From contig SVTK01000013.1 in NCBI GenBank assembly GCA_015063805.1, positions 21,102 to 85,101 of the forward strand: a stretch of DNA of 64,000 nucleotides, given 5' to 3'. The DNA is from Oscillospiraceae bacterium (GTDB lineage Bacteria > Bacillota > Clostridia > Oscillospirales > CAG-272). The number at the start of each line of letters is the position of its first letter. Position 1 is the stretch's first letter. Shown here piece after piece: positions 9,324 to 18,728 of the stretch. A program made the position numbers and the translations under genes. The notes beneath the pieces are model-generated. The model did no database searches and was not told the DNA's origin. It saw nothing but the letters and a program-made list of their open reading frames with translations.

Positions 9324-9875
9324 ATGCTGCAGCTTCAAATGTATACCGCACAAACACCCATGCCCGATGCAGAGTTTGATGCGTTTTTTGATTTATTGTC
9401 CACTTCGCTCCCCGCCAATGAGCATCGTTCCTACGCGGCACAGAAGGCCCTGTTTGGCCGTTCAGCCTATGGGGTGCTGACCGGGACGCATGATGGGGCA
9501 CTTTGCGCCCTGATGGCGGTATGGAGCTTTCCGAAGTTCCGTTATCTTGAGCATTTCGCCGTGGATCCCGCCCTGCGGGGGCAGGGAATCGGCGGGGAGA
9601 TGCTGGGGCGATATATTGCCGGGGATCCCCGTCCCCTGGTGCTGGAGGTGGAGCCCCCCGATACCGATATCGCCCGTCGGCGCATCGGTTTCTACACCCG
9701 GTGCGGGCTTTATCTGTCGGATTTCCCCTATGCCCAGCCTCCCCTCAATGCAGGGGACGGGATGCTTCCCCTGATGCTGATGCGCAGCGGGAAGATGTGG
9801 TCCGATGCAGAGGCGAAACAGGTGCGGGATACGCTCTACCGTGAGGTCTACTGCTGCCCCATTCCCCGGGATTAA
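9324..9875 (+). CDS. GNAT-family N-acetyltransferase
   Basis: RGQGIGGEML acetyl-CoA binding motif. 183 aa. Confidence 0.7.
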   Translation: MLQLQMYTAQTPMPDAEFDAFFDLLSTSLPANEHRSYAAQKALFGRSAYGVLTGTHDGALCALMAVWSFPKFRYLEHFAVDPALRGQGIGGEMLGRYIAGDPRPLVLEVEPPDTDIARRRIGFYTRCGLYLSDFPYAQPPLNAGDGMLPLMLMRSGKMWSDAEAKQVRDTLYREVYCCPIPRD

Positions 9876-10381
9876 TCCTCCCAGGACAGACGGTGAAGCT
9901 CGCCTTTATCGCAAAGGCCGGTAAAGTCCTGCTGGCGCAGGATCTCATATACCGCAATGGCGGCGCTGTTGGAGAGATTCAGCGAGCGCAGGCCGTTCCG
10001 CATGGGGATGCGGACGCAGTTTTCGCGATTGGCCAGGAGAAGCTCCTCGGGGAGCCCTGCCGTTTCCTTGCCGAACATGATGTAGCTGACGGCGGGGTAG
10101 GCAATATCGGTGTAACGATGCCGTGCCTTGGTGGAAAAAAACCAGCAGTTGGTGCGAGCATCGGGATTCCTCGCGTAAAAGTCTTCGAGATCCCGATAAT
10201 AAGTGATGTCCAGGGCGTGCCAGTAATCAAGGCCAGCCCGCTTGAGCTTGGCATCGTCGATACGGAAACCCATAGGTTCGATGATGTGCAGAGCGGCCCC
10301 CGTGGCGGCACAGGTGCGGGCAATGTTGCCCGTGTTCTGCGGGATCTGGGGCTCGTGCAGAACGATGTTGATGGCCTTCAT
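9872..10381 (-). CDS. trmL: tRNA (cytidine/uridine-2'-O)-methyltransferase, SpoU/TrmL family
   Basis: MKAINIVLHEPQIPQNTGNIARTCAATGAALHIIEPMGF is TrmL-like. Start placed at MKAIN rather than the longer upstream ORF. Confidence 0.85.
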   Translation of the reverse strand: MKAINIVLHEPQIPQNTGNIARTCAATGAALHIIEPMGFRIDDAKLKRAGLDYWHALDITYYRDLEDFYARNPDARTNCWFFSTKARHRYTDIAYPAVSYIMFGKETAGLPEELLLANRENCVRIPMRNGLRSLNLSNSAAIAVYEILRQQDFTGLCDKGELHRLSWED

Positions 10382-10474
10382 GGAAAAATGTCCTTTCTTT
10401 GGGCGTACATTGGTTACAGTATAAAACAATTTCGCAAAAAAAGCAAGTATTGTGAGAAAATTTACAAATCCCAC

Positions 10475-10503
10475 TTGGAATGTCCGCAGTTTTGCGGTAT
10501 AAT
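10475..10503 (+). promoter_or_regulatory. Sigma-A promoter upstream of secA
   Basis: TTGGAA - 17 nt - TATAAT. Confidence 0.6.
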
Positions 10504-10542
10504 AAATAGAATGATTATTTGAAATTCGGAGGAGTTTGTCCC

Positions 10543-13341
10543 ATGAGTTTACTGGATAAATTGATCGGTACCTACAGCGAGCGTCAGCTGAAGAAGCTGA
10601 ACAAAACTGTGGATGCCATCGAAGCCCTGGCAGACCGCTACGCCGCGCTGTCGGATGCCGAGTTGGCCGCCACCACCGATGCCCTCAAGGCCCGTCTCGC
10701 CGCAGGGGAGACCCTGGATGATATCCTGCCCGATGCCTTCGCCGCCGTGCGCGAGGCCGACTGGCGCGTACTGGGTAAGCGTCCCTTCCGCGTGCAGCTC
10801 ATCGGCGGCATTCTGCTCCACCAGGGGCGAATCGCCGAGATGAAGACAGGTGAAGGTAAGACCCTGGTGGCCACCATGCCCGCCTACCTCAACGCCCTGG
10901 AAGGGAAGGGCGTGCACATCGTTACCGTCAATGACTACCTTGCCCGCCGCGACAGCGAGGAAATGGGCCGCGTATACGGTTTTATGGGACTGACCACCGG
11001 CCTTGTGGTCCACGGGCAGTTCCCCCCTGAGAAACAGGCTGCCTATGCTGCCGATATCACCTACGGTACCAACAATGAGTTCGGTTTCGACTACCTTCGC
11101 GATAACATGGTGATCTACCGCGACCGCATGGTACAGCGGGGCCACCGCTTTGCCATCGTGGACGAGGTGGACTCCATCCTCATCGACGAAGCCCGCACGC
11201 CTCTGATTATTTCGGGTGAGGGGGACAAGTCCACCGACCTCTATGACCGCGCCGATACCTTTGTCCGCAAGCTGCGCAAGTTTGTCATCAAGGAACTGGA
11301 CGATAAGCAGGAGCAGGACAGCTATGACGGCGATTACATTGTGGACGAAAAGGCCAAGACCGCAACCCTGACCCCCTCGGGCGTACAGAAGGCTGAGGCC
11401 TTCTTCGGGGTGGAGAACCTGGCGGATGGAGAAAACACCCTCATCTCCCACCACATCAATCAGGCTCTGAAGGCCCACGGCACCATGAAGCTGGACGTGG
11501 ACTATGTGGTTAAGGATGACAGCGTCATTATCGTCGATGCCTTCACCGGTCGACTGATGCCCGGCCGCCGCTACTCTGACGGTCTGCACCAGGCCATCGA
11601 AGCCAAGGAAAAGGTGAAGATCGAGAAGGAGAACAAGACCCTCGCCACCATCACCTTCCAGAACTACTTCCGCCTCTATCACAAGCTCTCGGGTATGACG
11701 GGTACCGCCCTCACCGAGGAGACCGAGTTTCGTGAAATCTACTCCCTCGACGTGGTGGAGGTGCCCACCAACAAGCCCATGATCCGCCATGATCATCCCG
11801 ATGCGGTTTACCGCACGGTGAAGGGCAAATATCAGGCCATTGTGGAGCAGGTCAAGGCCTGCCACGCTAAGGGGCAGCCGGTGCTGGTGGGTACGGTGTC
11901 CATTGATAAATCCGAGCTGCTGTCCAGAATGCTCAAGCTCAACGGTATCCCTCACACGGTGCTCAACGCCAAGTACCACGAAAAAGAGGCCGAGATCGTG
12001 GCCCAGGCCGGCAAGCTGGGGGCCGTCACCATTTCCACCAACATGGCGGGACGCGGTACCGACATTATGCTGGGCGGCAACGCTGAGTTTATGGCCAAGG
12101 ATGCCATGCGCCGCCAGGGCGTGGAGGAGGAGCTGATCGCCCAGGCAACCGGCTCTGCCGTCACTGAGGATGAAGCCGTTCTCGCCGCCCGCGCCACCTT
12201 TGCCGAGCTTTACGCCAAATTTAAGGAAGAGATTGCCCCCGAAGCTGATCAGGTTCGGGCGGCAGGCGGTCTGTTCATCCTCGGTACCGAGCGGCACGAA
12301 AGCCGACGGATCGATAACCAGCTCCGCGGCCGTTCCGGCCGTCAGGGCGACCCCGGTGAATCCCGCTTCTTCCTGTCCCTGGAGGACGATCTCATGCGCC
12401 TCTTCGGCAGTGAGCGGATCAGCGGTATGGTAGAGCGCCTGGGGCTTCCCGAAGATATGCCCATCGATGCCAAGATTCTCTCGGGCTCCATCGAGTCGGC
12501 ACAGAAGCGCATTGAGGACCAGAACTTCAAGCGCCGTAAGTATGTGCTGACCTATGACGATGTGATGAATCAACAGCGTTCCATCATTTACAAGCAGCGC
12601 CAGAGCGTGCTGGATGGGGATAACATCACCGACAGCATCCAGGCGATGATCAATCAGACCATTGCCGAGGCGGTGAACGAAGCCTGTGCCGCCGAGGATC
12701 ACACCACCTGGGAACTGGAGGCACTGCGGGACCGCTATGTAGGGCTGCTCTGCAACAAGGATGAGTTCAACTATTCTCCCGAGGAGCTGCAGAAGCTCAA
12801 GGCCGAGGACATCACCGAGTTGCTTCAGACCCGGGCCATCACCCTCTACCACGACAAGGAAAAGCTGTTTGGCGAAGAAACCTTCCGTGAGATCGAGCGT
12901 GCTGTCCTGCTCCGCAATGTGGACACCAAGTGGATGGATCACATCGACGAGATGGATGACCTCAAGGGCAGCATTGGCCTGCAGGCCTACGCCCAGCGCG
13001 ATCCTGTCAATGAGTACCGCCTCATCGGCGCCGATATGTTCGATGCCATGGTAGCCGAGATTCGCGAGAACACCGTGCGCACTCTGCTGAGCATTTTCCC
13101 GCGGGTACAGCCTGTGACCCGTGTGGAGGTGGCCAAGCCCCTGGTTGAAGGCTTTGCCGGCGGACGGATGCCCGGTCAGCCCCAGCGCCCGGTGGCCCCC
13201 AGAGCAGGTGCTCCCATCGGTGCACCCCAAAAGGCCGCTCCCAAGGTGGGACGGAACGATCCCTGCCCCTGCGGCAGCGGTAAGAAGTACAAGAAGTGCT
13301 GCGGCCTTGGCGCCGAGGATGATTCTGCACCCAAGGCATAA
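10543..13341 (+). CDS. secA: Preprotein translocase ATPase SecA
   Basis: MSLLDKLIG...[22 protein letters not shown]-like motifs, and C-terminal zinc finger [17 protein letters not shown] at 10543 with RBS CGGAGGAG. Confidence 0.95.
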   Translation: MSLLDKLIGTYSERQLKKLNKTVDAIEALADRYAALSDAELAATTDALKARLAAGETLDDILPDAFAAVREADWRVLGKRPFRVQLIGGILLHQGRIAEMKTGEGKTLVATMPAYLNALEGKGVHIVTVNDYLARRDSEEMGRVYGFMGLTTGLVVHGQFPPEKQAAYAADITYGTNNEFGFDYLRDNMVIYRDRMVQRGHRFAIVDEVDSILIDEARTPLIISGEGDKSTDLYDRADTFVRKLRKFVIKELDDKQEQDSYDGDYIVDEKAKTATLTPSGVQKAEAFFGVENLADGENTLISHHINQALKAHGTMKLDVDYVVKDDSVIIVDAFTGRLMPGRRYSDGLHQAIEAKEKVKIEKENKTLATITFQNYFRLYHKLSGMTGTALTEETEFREIYSLDVVEVPTNKPMIRHDHPDAVYRTVKGKYQAIVEQVKACHAKGQPVLVGTVSIDKSELLSRMLKLNGIPHTVLNAKYHEKEAEIVAQAGKLGAVTISTNMAGRGTDIMLGGNAEFMAKDAMRRQGVEEELIAQATGSAVTEDEAVLAARATFAELYAKFKEEIAPEADQVRAAGGLFILGTERHESRRIDNQLRGRSGRQGDPGESRFFLSLEDDLMRLFGSERISGMVERLGLPEDMPIDAKILSGSIESAQKRIEDQNFKRRKYVLTYDDVMNQQRSIIYKQRQSVLDGDNITDSIQAMINQTIAEAVNEACAAEDHTTWELEALRDRYVGLLCNKDEFNYSPEELQKLKAEDITELLQTRAITLYHDKEKLFGEETFREIERAVLLRNVDTKWMDHIDEMDDLKGSIGLQAYAQRDPVNEYRLIGADMFDAMVAEIRENTVRTLLSIFPRVQPVTRVEVAKPLVEGFAGGRMPGQPQRPVAPRAGAPIGAPQKAAPKVGRNDPCPCGSGKKYKKCCGLGAEDDSAPKA

Positions 13342-13368
13342 CGACATTCCCGAAAGGAGGACGCTGAT

Positions 13369-14088
13369 ATGGGCTTCGGACTTTTGTTCTTAGGCTATCT
13401 CATCGCCTTTCTGCTCTATCTCAATCCCTATGCCGCCGTCACCCGTCTCATCGGGTACTGCGTGATCTTCGCGGCACTGACCAAACTTCGCCGTCATAAT
13501 CGCTGGTTTGCCTTCTCCCAAACCGCGGCTATCCCTCTGATGGTTCTGGCCTTGGTAGATTCGGTTATCGATATTACCACCCGGATCATGGGGGAGGGCA
13601 CGCCTGCCGCCATGACCGCCGCCACCGGCGGCATCGAAACGGCGATGACTCTGCTTCTGCTGGTTTTTCACGTTTGTCTGCTCATGGCGGTCTACACCAT
13701 TGCCCAGGACACCGATCTGCCTTCTCTTGCCGCGGCGGCGCGGCGCAACATTGTGCTGATTGCTGCCTACGCGGTGCTCCACGGCATTTGGTCGCTCCCG
13801 GTCAAATTGGGGGACAGCTATACTGTAACCTTGAGCCTGATGGTTTTCGTTCTCCAGCTCATTTGGACGGTGGCCGACCTCATCCTCATCTTCCGCTGTT
13901 ATATGTGGATTTGCCTGGAAGGGGACGAGGACATGGCGCAGAAGCCTTCACGCTTTGCCTTTGTGAACCGATTCCGGGAGAAGTTTGAGCGCCACAACCA
14001 AAAAGCCGCCGCCGAGGCCGAGGCATACGCCGCAGAACGGCGAGCCGCCCGGGGCGGAACGAAAAAGAAACGCAAACACAAAAAATGA
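13369..14088 (+). CDS. Uncharacterised polytopic membrane protein with basic C-terminal tail
   Basis: Several predicted TM helices. N-terminus GFGLLFLGYLIAFLLYLNPYAAV...IGY is paralogous to the next gene. C-terminal KKKRKHKK tail. Confidence 0.55.
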   Translation: MGFGLLFLGYLIAFLLYLNPYAAVTRLIGYCVIFAALTKLRRHNRWFAFSQTAAIPLMVLALVDSVIDITTRIMGEGTPAAMTAATGGIETAMTLLLLVFHVCLLMAVYTIAQDTDLPSLAAAARRNIVLIAAYAVLHGIWSLPVKLGDSYTVTLSLMVFVLQLIWTVADLILIFRCYMWICLEGDEDMAQKPSRFAFVNRFREKFERHNQKAAAEAEAYAAERRAARGGTKKKRKHKK

Positions 14089-14116
14089 TGCCGCAAACAG
14101 GAAAGGAGCTTGCCCT

Positions 14117-15532
14117 ATGGGATGTGCCCCTGCTTCAGTGAAGAAGATCGGGTTCGGTTTGCTGATTCCCGCTGTGATCTTCTTCTTCAATCCCCTTGTT
14201 GCTGTCCTCGATTTTCTGCCTGACTTCATCGGATATCTCTTGCTGTGGGCCGCGCTCTGCCGTGCGGCGGATCTTTCCTCCCAGCTGGATGAGGCCAAGC
14301 GCGGCTTTGCGCGTATGGCCGTGATCGATGCCCTGAAGTTTGGCAGCAATCTGTGGATGATCTTCATGGTGGCTCCCCATGAGCTGCCCAATACCCGCCT
14401 GCTCCTGACCTTTGTCTTTGCAGTGCTGGAGTTCATCTATGCCATTCCCGCGTGGTGTGCCTTCTTCAATGGGATCTATGCGCTGATCATCTCGGACGGA
14501 GATCCTGCCGGGTACGGATCAACAGCGAGACGGAAGCGGGCAATCCGCACGCTCCCCGAGCAGATGAAGACCGCCACCATTGCCTTCTTCATCTGCCGCA
14601 ATGTGCTGGCTCTTTTGCCCGAGCTTTCCTCCCTGGCGTACGCTGCCTTCGATAATTCGGGCTACGTCACCAACTTCGACCGCAATCTTTATGATTTCTA
14701 CGGCCTGTTCCTCTTCTTCGCCCTGATCATTATGCTGGTGGTGGGCATTGTATGGCTGGTGCGGATGCTTCGGTTTGCCATCCGACTTTATGCCGACCGT
14801 CCCTTCGCTGCCCGTTTGCTGGAGCGCTATGTGATCGAGGTTCTGCCTTGCGAGAAGCTTTTTACCCGCCGAACATTGCGTTTTGCTCTGACTCTGCTGG
14901 GAATCGGAAGTTTTCTTACCCTTGACTTTTACTTTGACGATATCAATATTCTTCCCGATGTGATTCCCGCCCTGACGGTGATTTTTGTCCTGCTTCGTCT
15001 GCGCCGCTGTATGAGTGGGTGGCAGCTTCCCCTGGCCCTGTCCGTTCTGTGGGGCGCGGCTTCGGTGGGGACGGCCGTGTTGGGGTGGAATTTCTTCCAA
15101 ACCTACTACATCGAGCTGATCCTCCGTAAGCCCGAGGCCTACGCCGCCTATCAGCTGCTCACCGGCAGTACGGTGCTGACCCAGGCCGCTTTCCTTGTTA
15201 CGGTGATCGCACTCTGCGTCTACCTCTACCGCCTGTGCCGGCATTACCTGGCCGATGAGCGAGAGAATGATGCGCGGGAATTCCTGCGCGAACAGAAGAA
15301 ACAGTTCATTTTTCTCGGCGTATTGGCCCTGCTCTCGGCTCTTGGCGGGATTGGGTATGTGACCCTCCGTCTGCAGGTAGAGTTCATGTGGCTGCTGGAA
15401 TTTGCCGCCACCTTGATTTTTGCCATCTACGCTTGGAAGGTGATGGGTGAGCTGTCCGAGAACCTGTGTCTGATCATCGGCGAGGATCACACCGAAGCAC
15501 CCAGAGAAAAATCGTGGTCATTTCTTGAATGA
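14117..15532 (+). CDS. Uncharacterised polytopic membrane protein (paralog of 13369..14088, internally duplicated)
   Basis: RBS GAAAGGAG before the ATG at 14117. GFGLLIPAVIFFFNPLVAVLDFLPDFIGYLLLWAAL recurs internally as LDFYFDDINILPDVIPALTVIFVLLRL. Confidence 0.55.
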   Translation: MGCAPASVKKIGFGLLIPAVIFFFNPLVAVLDFLPDFIGYLLLWAALCRAADLSSQLDEAKRGFARMAVIDALKFGSNLWMIFMVAPHELPNTRLLLTFVFAVLEFIYAIPAWCAFFNGIYALIISDGDPAGYGSTARRKRAIRTLPEQMKTATIAFFICRNVLALLPELSSLAYAAFDNSGYVTNFDRNLYDFYGLFLFFALIIMLVVGIVWLVRMLRFAIRLYADRPFAARLLERYVIEVLPCEKLFTRRTLRFALTLLGIGSFLTLDFYFDDINILPDVIPALTVIFVLLRLRRCMSGWQLPLALSVLWGAASVGTAVLGWNFFQTYYIELILRKPEAYAAYQLLTGSTVLTQAAFLVTVIALCVYLYRLCRHYLADERENDAREFLREQKKQFIFLGVLALLSALGGIGYVTLRLQVEFMWLLEFAATLIFAIYAWKVMGELSENLCLIIGEDHTEAPREKSWSFLE

Positions 15533-15559
15533 CCGCTACAAAAGAAAGGAATGATTGTG

Positions 15560-16105
15560 ATGTATCAGGAGATTTCTTCTTCCGCCGCCACGGCGATTCG
15601 TGAGCTGCTTGCAGCCGCCAAACTCCAGCGCGGCGATCTTTTGGTGATTGGCTGTTCCTCCAGCGAAATGGTGGGGGAGCATATCGGTCACGGTTCCAGC
15701 CTTGAGGCCGCACAGGCCGCTTTTCATGCTATCTACCCCATCCTCTGTGAGGCGGGAATTTATCTTGCGGTGCAGTGCTGTGAACACCTCAATCGCGCCC
15801 TGATCCTGGAGCGAGAGGCCGCCCTGCGCTACGGCTATGAGATCGTATCGGTTCGTCCCCAGCCCAAGGCCGGCGGCTCCTTCGCCACCACCGCCTATGA
15901 AAATTTTGCCGATCCCGTTGCGGTGGAGCACATTCGCGCTTCTGCCGGTCTCGACATCGGCGGGACGCTGATCGGTATGCACCTGCGTGACGTGGCCGTT
16001 CCCGTGCGGCTTTCCATCGACCACATCGGCCAAGCTCACATTCTCTGCGCTCGCACCCGCCCGAAATACATCGGCGGCAGCCGCGCTTGCTATCCGGAAA
16101 ATTGA
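15560..16105 (+). CDS. UPF0340/DUF436-family protein
   Basis: LLVIGCSSSEMVGEHIG and LAVQCCEHLNRAL motifs characteristic of the Firmicutes UPF0340 family. Confidence 0.65.
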   Translation: MYQEISSSAATAIRELLAAAKLQRGDLLVIGCSSSEMVGEHIGHGSSLEAAQAAFHAIYPILCEAGIYLAVQCCEHLNRALILEREAALRYGYEIVSVRPQPKAGGSFATTAYENFADPVAVEHIRASAGLDIGGTLIGMHLRDVAVPVRLSIDHIGQAHILCARTRPKYIGGSRACYPEN

Positions 16106-16107
16106 AT

Positions 16108-16359
16108 ATGAAGGACATGACACCGCAAATTGAGGAGATTACCGATAAAGAATCGCTTTTGCGTTTTATGGCGAAGCTGATTGACGATTATCGAGGTAAT
16201 TCCGGAGCGTGGGAAAATACATCGATTGACGGGTATTTGGCGTCGATTATGTCATGGATTGAAGATTCACCTTCTTCGGAGGAAGGTGGAATCGAATGGA
16301 ATAAAACAGATTGTTCTTTAATCGCAAAACTTTTGTACATGGGAAAGCTATATGAATAG
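16108..16359 (+). CDS. Small hypothetical protein (83 aa), AT-rich orphan gene
   Basis: About 40% GC in a roughly 60% GC neighbourhood. Acidic soluble protein MKDMTPQIEEITDKESLLRFMAKLIDDYRG..., no recognised motif. Followed by a terminator. Confidence 0.4.
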   Translation: MKDMTPQIEEITDKESLLRFMAKLIDDYRGNSGAWENTSIDGYLASIMSWIEDSPSSEEGGIEWNKTDCSLIAKLLYMGKLYE

Positions 16360-16398
16360 CATAGTTCCGTTTTGTGCCGGTCCTGCCGATGCAAAAGG

Positions 16399-16438
16399 AA
16401 ACGCCCATCCCGCGGGATTCGCAGGATGGGCGTTTTCA
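16399..16438. terminator. Bidirectional terminator
   Basis: AACGCCCATCC-loop-GGATGGGCGTT, then TTTCAT. Confidence 0.7.
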
Positions 16439-16446
16439 TATTCAAA

Positions 16447-17589
16447 TCAATACTCCAGCGCCGCGTAGACCAGGTTTCGCAGGCGGGGATGTACGATATC
16501 TTCTTTGTTGTTGAGCATATGCTGAAGGTAGACGATAGTCAGCTCCTTGGCTGGGTCACAGTGAACATAAGCACCCGCCGCACCGCCCCAGCCGAATTCA
16601 CCCACCGAGGAGAGGGTGCCCGACAGGGCGGGATCCTGCAGGACGCGCACGCCGAAGCCGTAGCTGTAGCCACGCATCCGCGGCCAGTTGAAATCGGGGC
16701 GGGAGGACTCGTTCAGGCAATCCCGCCGCATCAGCTCCACCGTGGATTCCGCCAGGATCCGCGTACCGTTGGGGGCAAGCCCCATGTGAGTGAGCATCTC
16801 GGCGAAGCGGATATAGTCATCGGTACAGGAAATGGCACCTGCGCCGCCGCTGGCGTGCTTGGAGCCGAAGACGTATTCGTTGGTCAGTCCCACATCCACG
16901 GCGCGCCCAAGCATCCCGTTGAAACGATACTGGGCAGCCATGCGGGGAGCAAGGCTTTCATCATAGTGCATGAAGGTGCTCTCCATGCCGATGGGGTCAA
17001 AAATATTCGCCTTGGCGTAGTCAGCGAAGGTCTGATCGGCCACTGCTTCTACCAAACGAAGCAGCACGTCATGAGAGAGGCTGTACGCCCAATGGGTTCC
17101 GGGCTGGAAGGAGAGGGGACGGGTGGCAATGGCGCGGACAATATCTGCCGTGGTGGGCTCGCCGTCATGCTCGGCAACGCAGGCCATGATCTCGGGGGAA
17201 CGTGCGGCGTAATCCAGCCCCGAGGTCATGCAGAACAGGTCCCGCACCAGCATGGGCTCGGCGCGGACCAGAGTAATATTGCCCGCCTCATCCTTTTCCT
17301 TGACCTTCATGGAGGTGAATTCGGGCAGATAATCGGAGACAGGATCGTTGAGCAGGAATTTGCCCTTCTCCAACAGCTGCATCCCTGCGGTGACGGTGAG
17401 CAGCTTGGTGGCTGAGTACATGAAGTAGAGGGCATCACGTCGCAGCGGTTCACGGGTCTCCACATCCTGGAATCCGGCGCTGTGACGGTAAATCGGCTCT
17501 CCGTGCAGATACACGACCATATCGGAAGAGGGGATTCCCTCGGTTTCGTACAGGCGGTCAATATATTCGGTCAGGTATTGGAAGTTCAT
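16447..17589 (-). CDS. Serine hydrolase of the beta-lactamase/class-C (AmpC)/DD-peptidase family
   Basis: S-x-x-K motif in YSATKLLTV. 380 aa, soluble. Confidence 0.8.
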   Translation of the reverse strand: MNFQYLTEYIDRLYETEGIPSSDMVVYLHGEPIYRHSAGFQDVETREPLRRDALYFMYSATKLLTVTAGMQLLEKGKFLLNDPVSDYLPEFTSMKVKEKDEAGNITLVRAEPMLVRDLFCMTSGLDYAARSPEIMACVAEHDGEPTTADIVRAIATRPLSFQPGTHWAYSLSHDVLLRLVEAVADQTFADYAKANIFDPIGMESTFMHYDESLAPRMAAQYRFNGMLGRAVDVGLTNEYVFGSKHASGGAGAISCTDDYIRFAEMLTHMGLAPNGTRILAESTVELMRRDCLNESSRPDFNWPRMRGYSYGFGVRVLQDPALSGTLSSVGEFGWGGAAGAYVHCDPAKELTIVYLQHMLNNKEDIVHPRLRNLVYAALEY

Positions 17590-17700
17590 TTTTTTCTCCT
17601 TCGCACATGGGAATTGAGTATATTATAACAGCAGAATTTTCCATTGTCAAGTCGGATAGACGGTGAATGTGAATATTTTGTTAAGGATTGCGCCCCTCTG

Positions 17701-17731
17701 TTGACTCTTACCCAAGGTAAGATGCTATAAT
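17701..17731 (+). promoter_or_regulatory. MerR-type promoter: -35 TTGACT, 19-bp spacer containing dyad CTTACC-caa-GGTAAG, -10 TATAAT
   Basis: Over-long 19-bp spacer with a perfect 6-3-6 palindrome centred in it, the hallmark of MerR-family operator-promoters. It sits 30 nt upstream of the MerR-family gene. Confidence 0.65.
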
Positions 17732-17761
17732 ACAGACAGAAATCCCCCCGACGAAAGGAGA

Positions 17762-18688
17762 ATGACCGTGAAAATGAAGGAGGTTTGCAGCCGCACAGGC
17801 CTTAGTGAGCGTGCGGTGCGCCTGTACTGTGAGGAGGGCTTGCTCATGCCCATCCGCACCGAGGTGCGGGGACGGGTCTACCTGGAATTTGAAGAGACCC
17901 ATATTGCCGAGCTGCAGCAGATCGCCTGCCTGCGAAGCGCGGGGTTCTCGCTTGGTGAGATCAAGGACGTTTTCAATGAGCCCCACTTGATTCCCAATAT
18001 CCTGAAAAGCTTTCAGGCAAGATTGGTGCAGGAGCAGGGGGAGCAGGGGCGCATCCTCGGTGCGCTGGAGGAACTCACCGCACCTCCCGCCAATGCGGAG
18101 GAGCTATGTCGGGCACTTGCTCCCCGAGAAGTGACCCGCGATTATACCAACGGTGCGGTCCCGCGGGAAAAAGAGCCCAGCTTCCGCGAGTTTTGCGAAC
18201 GCGGCGGGTATGCTTCCGCTGATGCCTGCGATCAGCTGGAACAGCTGGATCGAAGCGTTGCCCGCGGACGGGTAATCATGCTGATTTATGCCATCTGGTA
18301 CTGGCTTTCCTTCGGCTATTCACTCCTGTTGGCGGTGAGTTCCACTGGCGGATCCCTGCTGGCACTTTTGATCTGTATTGCCATTGCGGTGGCGGTGTTT
18401 ATTTTCTTCCGTCGGGGTGTAGTGTGGCTTCGTGTGGTGCTTGCCATCCTGCACGCGGGAAATGCTCTGTTCATCGGGGCAGGGATGGCGGATTTGATCC
18501 CGTCCAAGCGGATCATCCACAGCTACGACGAATTCGGCAACACCAGCCAATGGGTGCAGGAAACCGGCTCCTGGTGGCTGTTCTCCCTGGCACTGCTGAT
18601 GGTACTGGTAGAGCTGGCCTGTGTGTATTTTCTCTGTTTCAACCGTTGGGTCAGCGATTATCTCTACGACCGTTCCACCGAATATTGA
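17762..18688 (+). CDS. MerR-family transcriptional regulator with C-terminal multi-helix membrane domain
   Basis: N-terminal MKEVCSRTGLSERAVRLYCEEGLL (MerR HTH). C-terminal third contains about 4 hydrophobic helices (LIYAIWYWLSFGYSLLLAV..., LALLICIAIAVAVFIFF..., VLAILHAGNALFIGAG..., WWLFSLALLMVLVELACVYFL). Confidence 0.7.
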   Translation: MTVKMKEVCSRTGLSERAVRLYCEEGLLMPIRTEVRGRVYLEFEETHIAELQQIACLRSAGFSLGEIKDVFNEPHLIPNILKSFQARLVQEQGEQGRILGALEELTAPPANAEELCRALAPREVTRDYTNGAVPREKEPSFREFCERGGYASADACDQLEQLDRSVARGRVIMLIYAIWYWLSFGYSLLLAVSSTGGSLLALLICIAIAVAVFIFFRRGVVWLRVVLAILHAGNALFIGAGMADLIPSKRIIHSYDEFGNTSQWVQETGSWWLFSLALLMVLVELACVYFLCFNRWVSDYLYDRSTEY

Positions 18689-18691
18689 AAC

Positions 18692-18725
18692 AAGGTGCCG
18701 CGCATTTGCGCGGCACCTTGCTTTG
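18692..18725. terminator. Bidirectional terminator between convergent genes
   Basis: AAGGTGCCGCGC-attt-GCGCGGCACCTT. Confidence 0.75.
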
Positions 18726-18728
18726 CTG

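Noticed and set aside
10549-13347. 932-aa ORF on the minus strand spanning the whole of secA
   Set aside because: It is antisense to a certain, highly conserved gene. The translation is low-complexity (G/A/L/V-rich) as expected for a stop-poor frame in about 60% GC DNA. No RBS.
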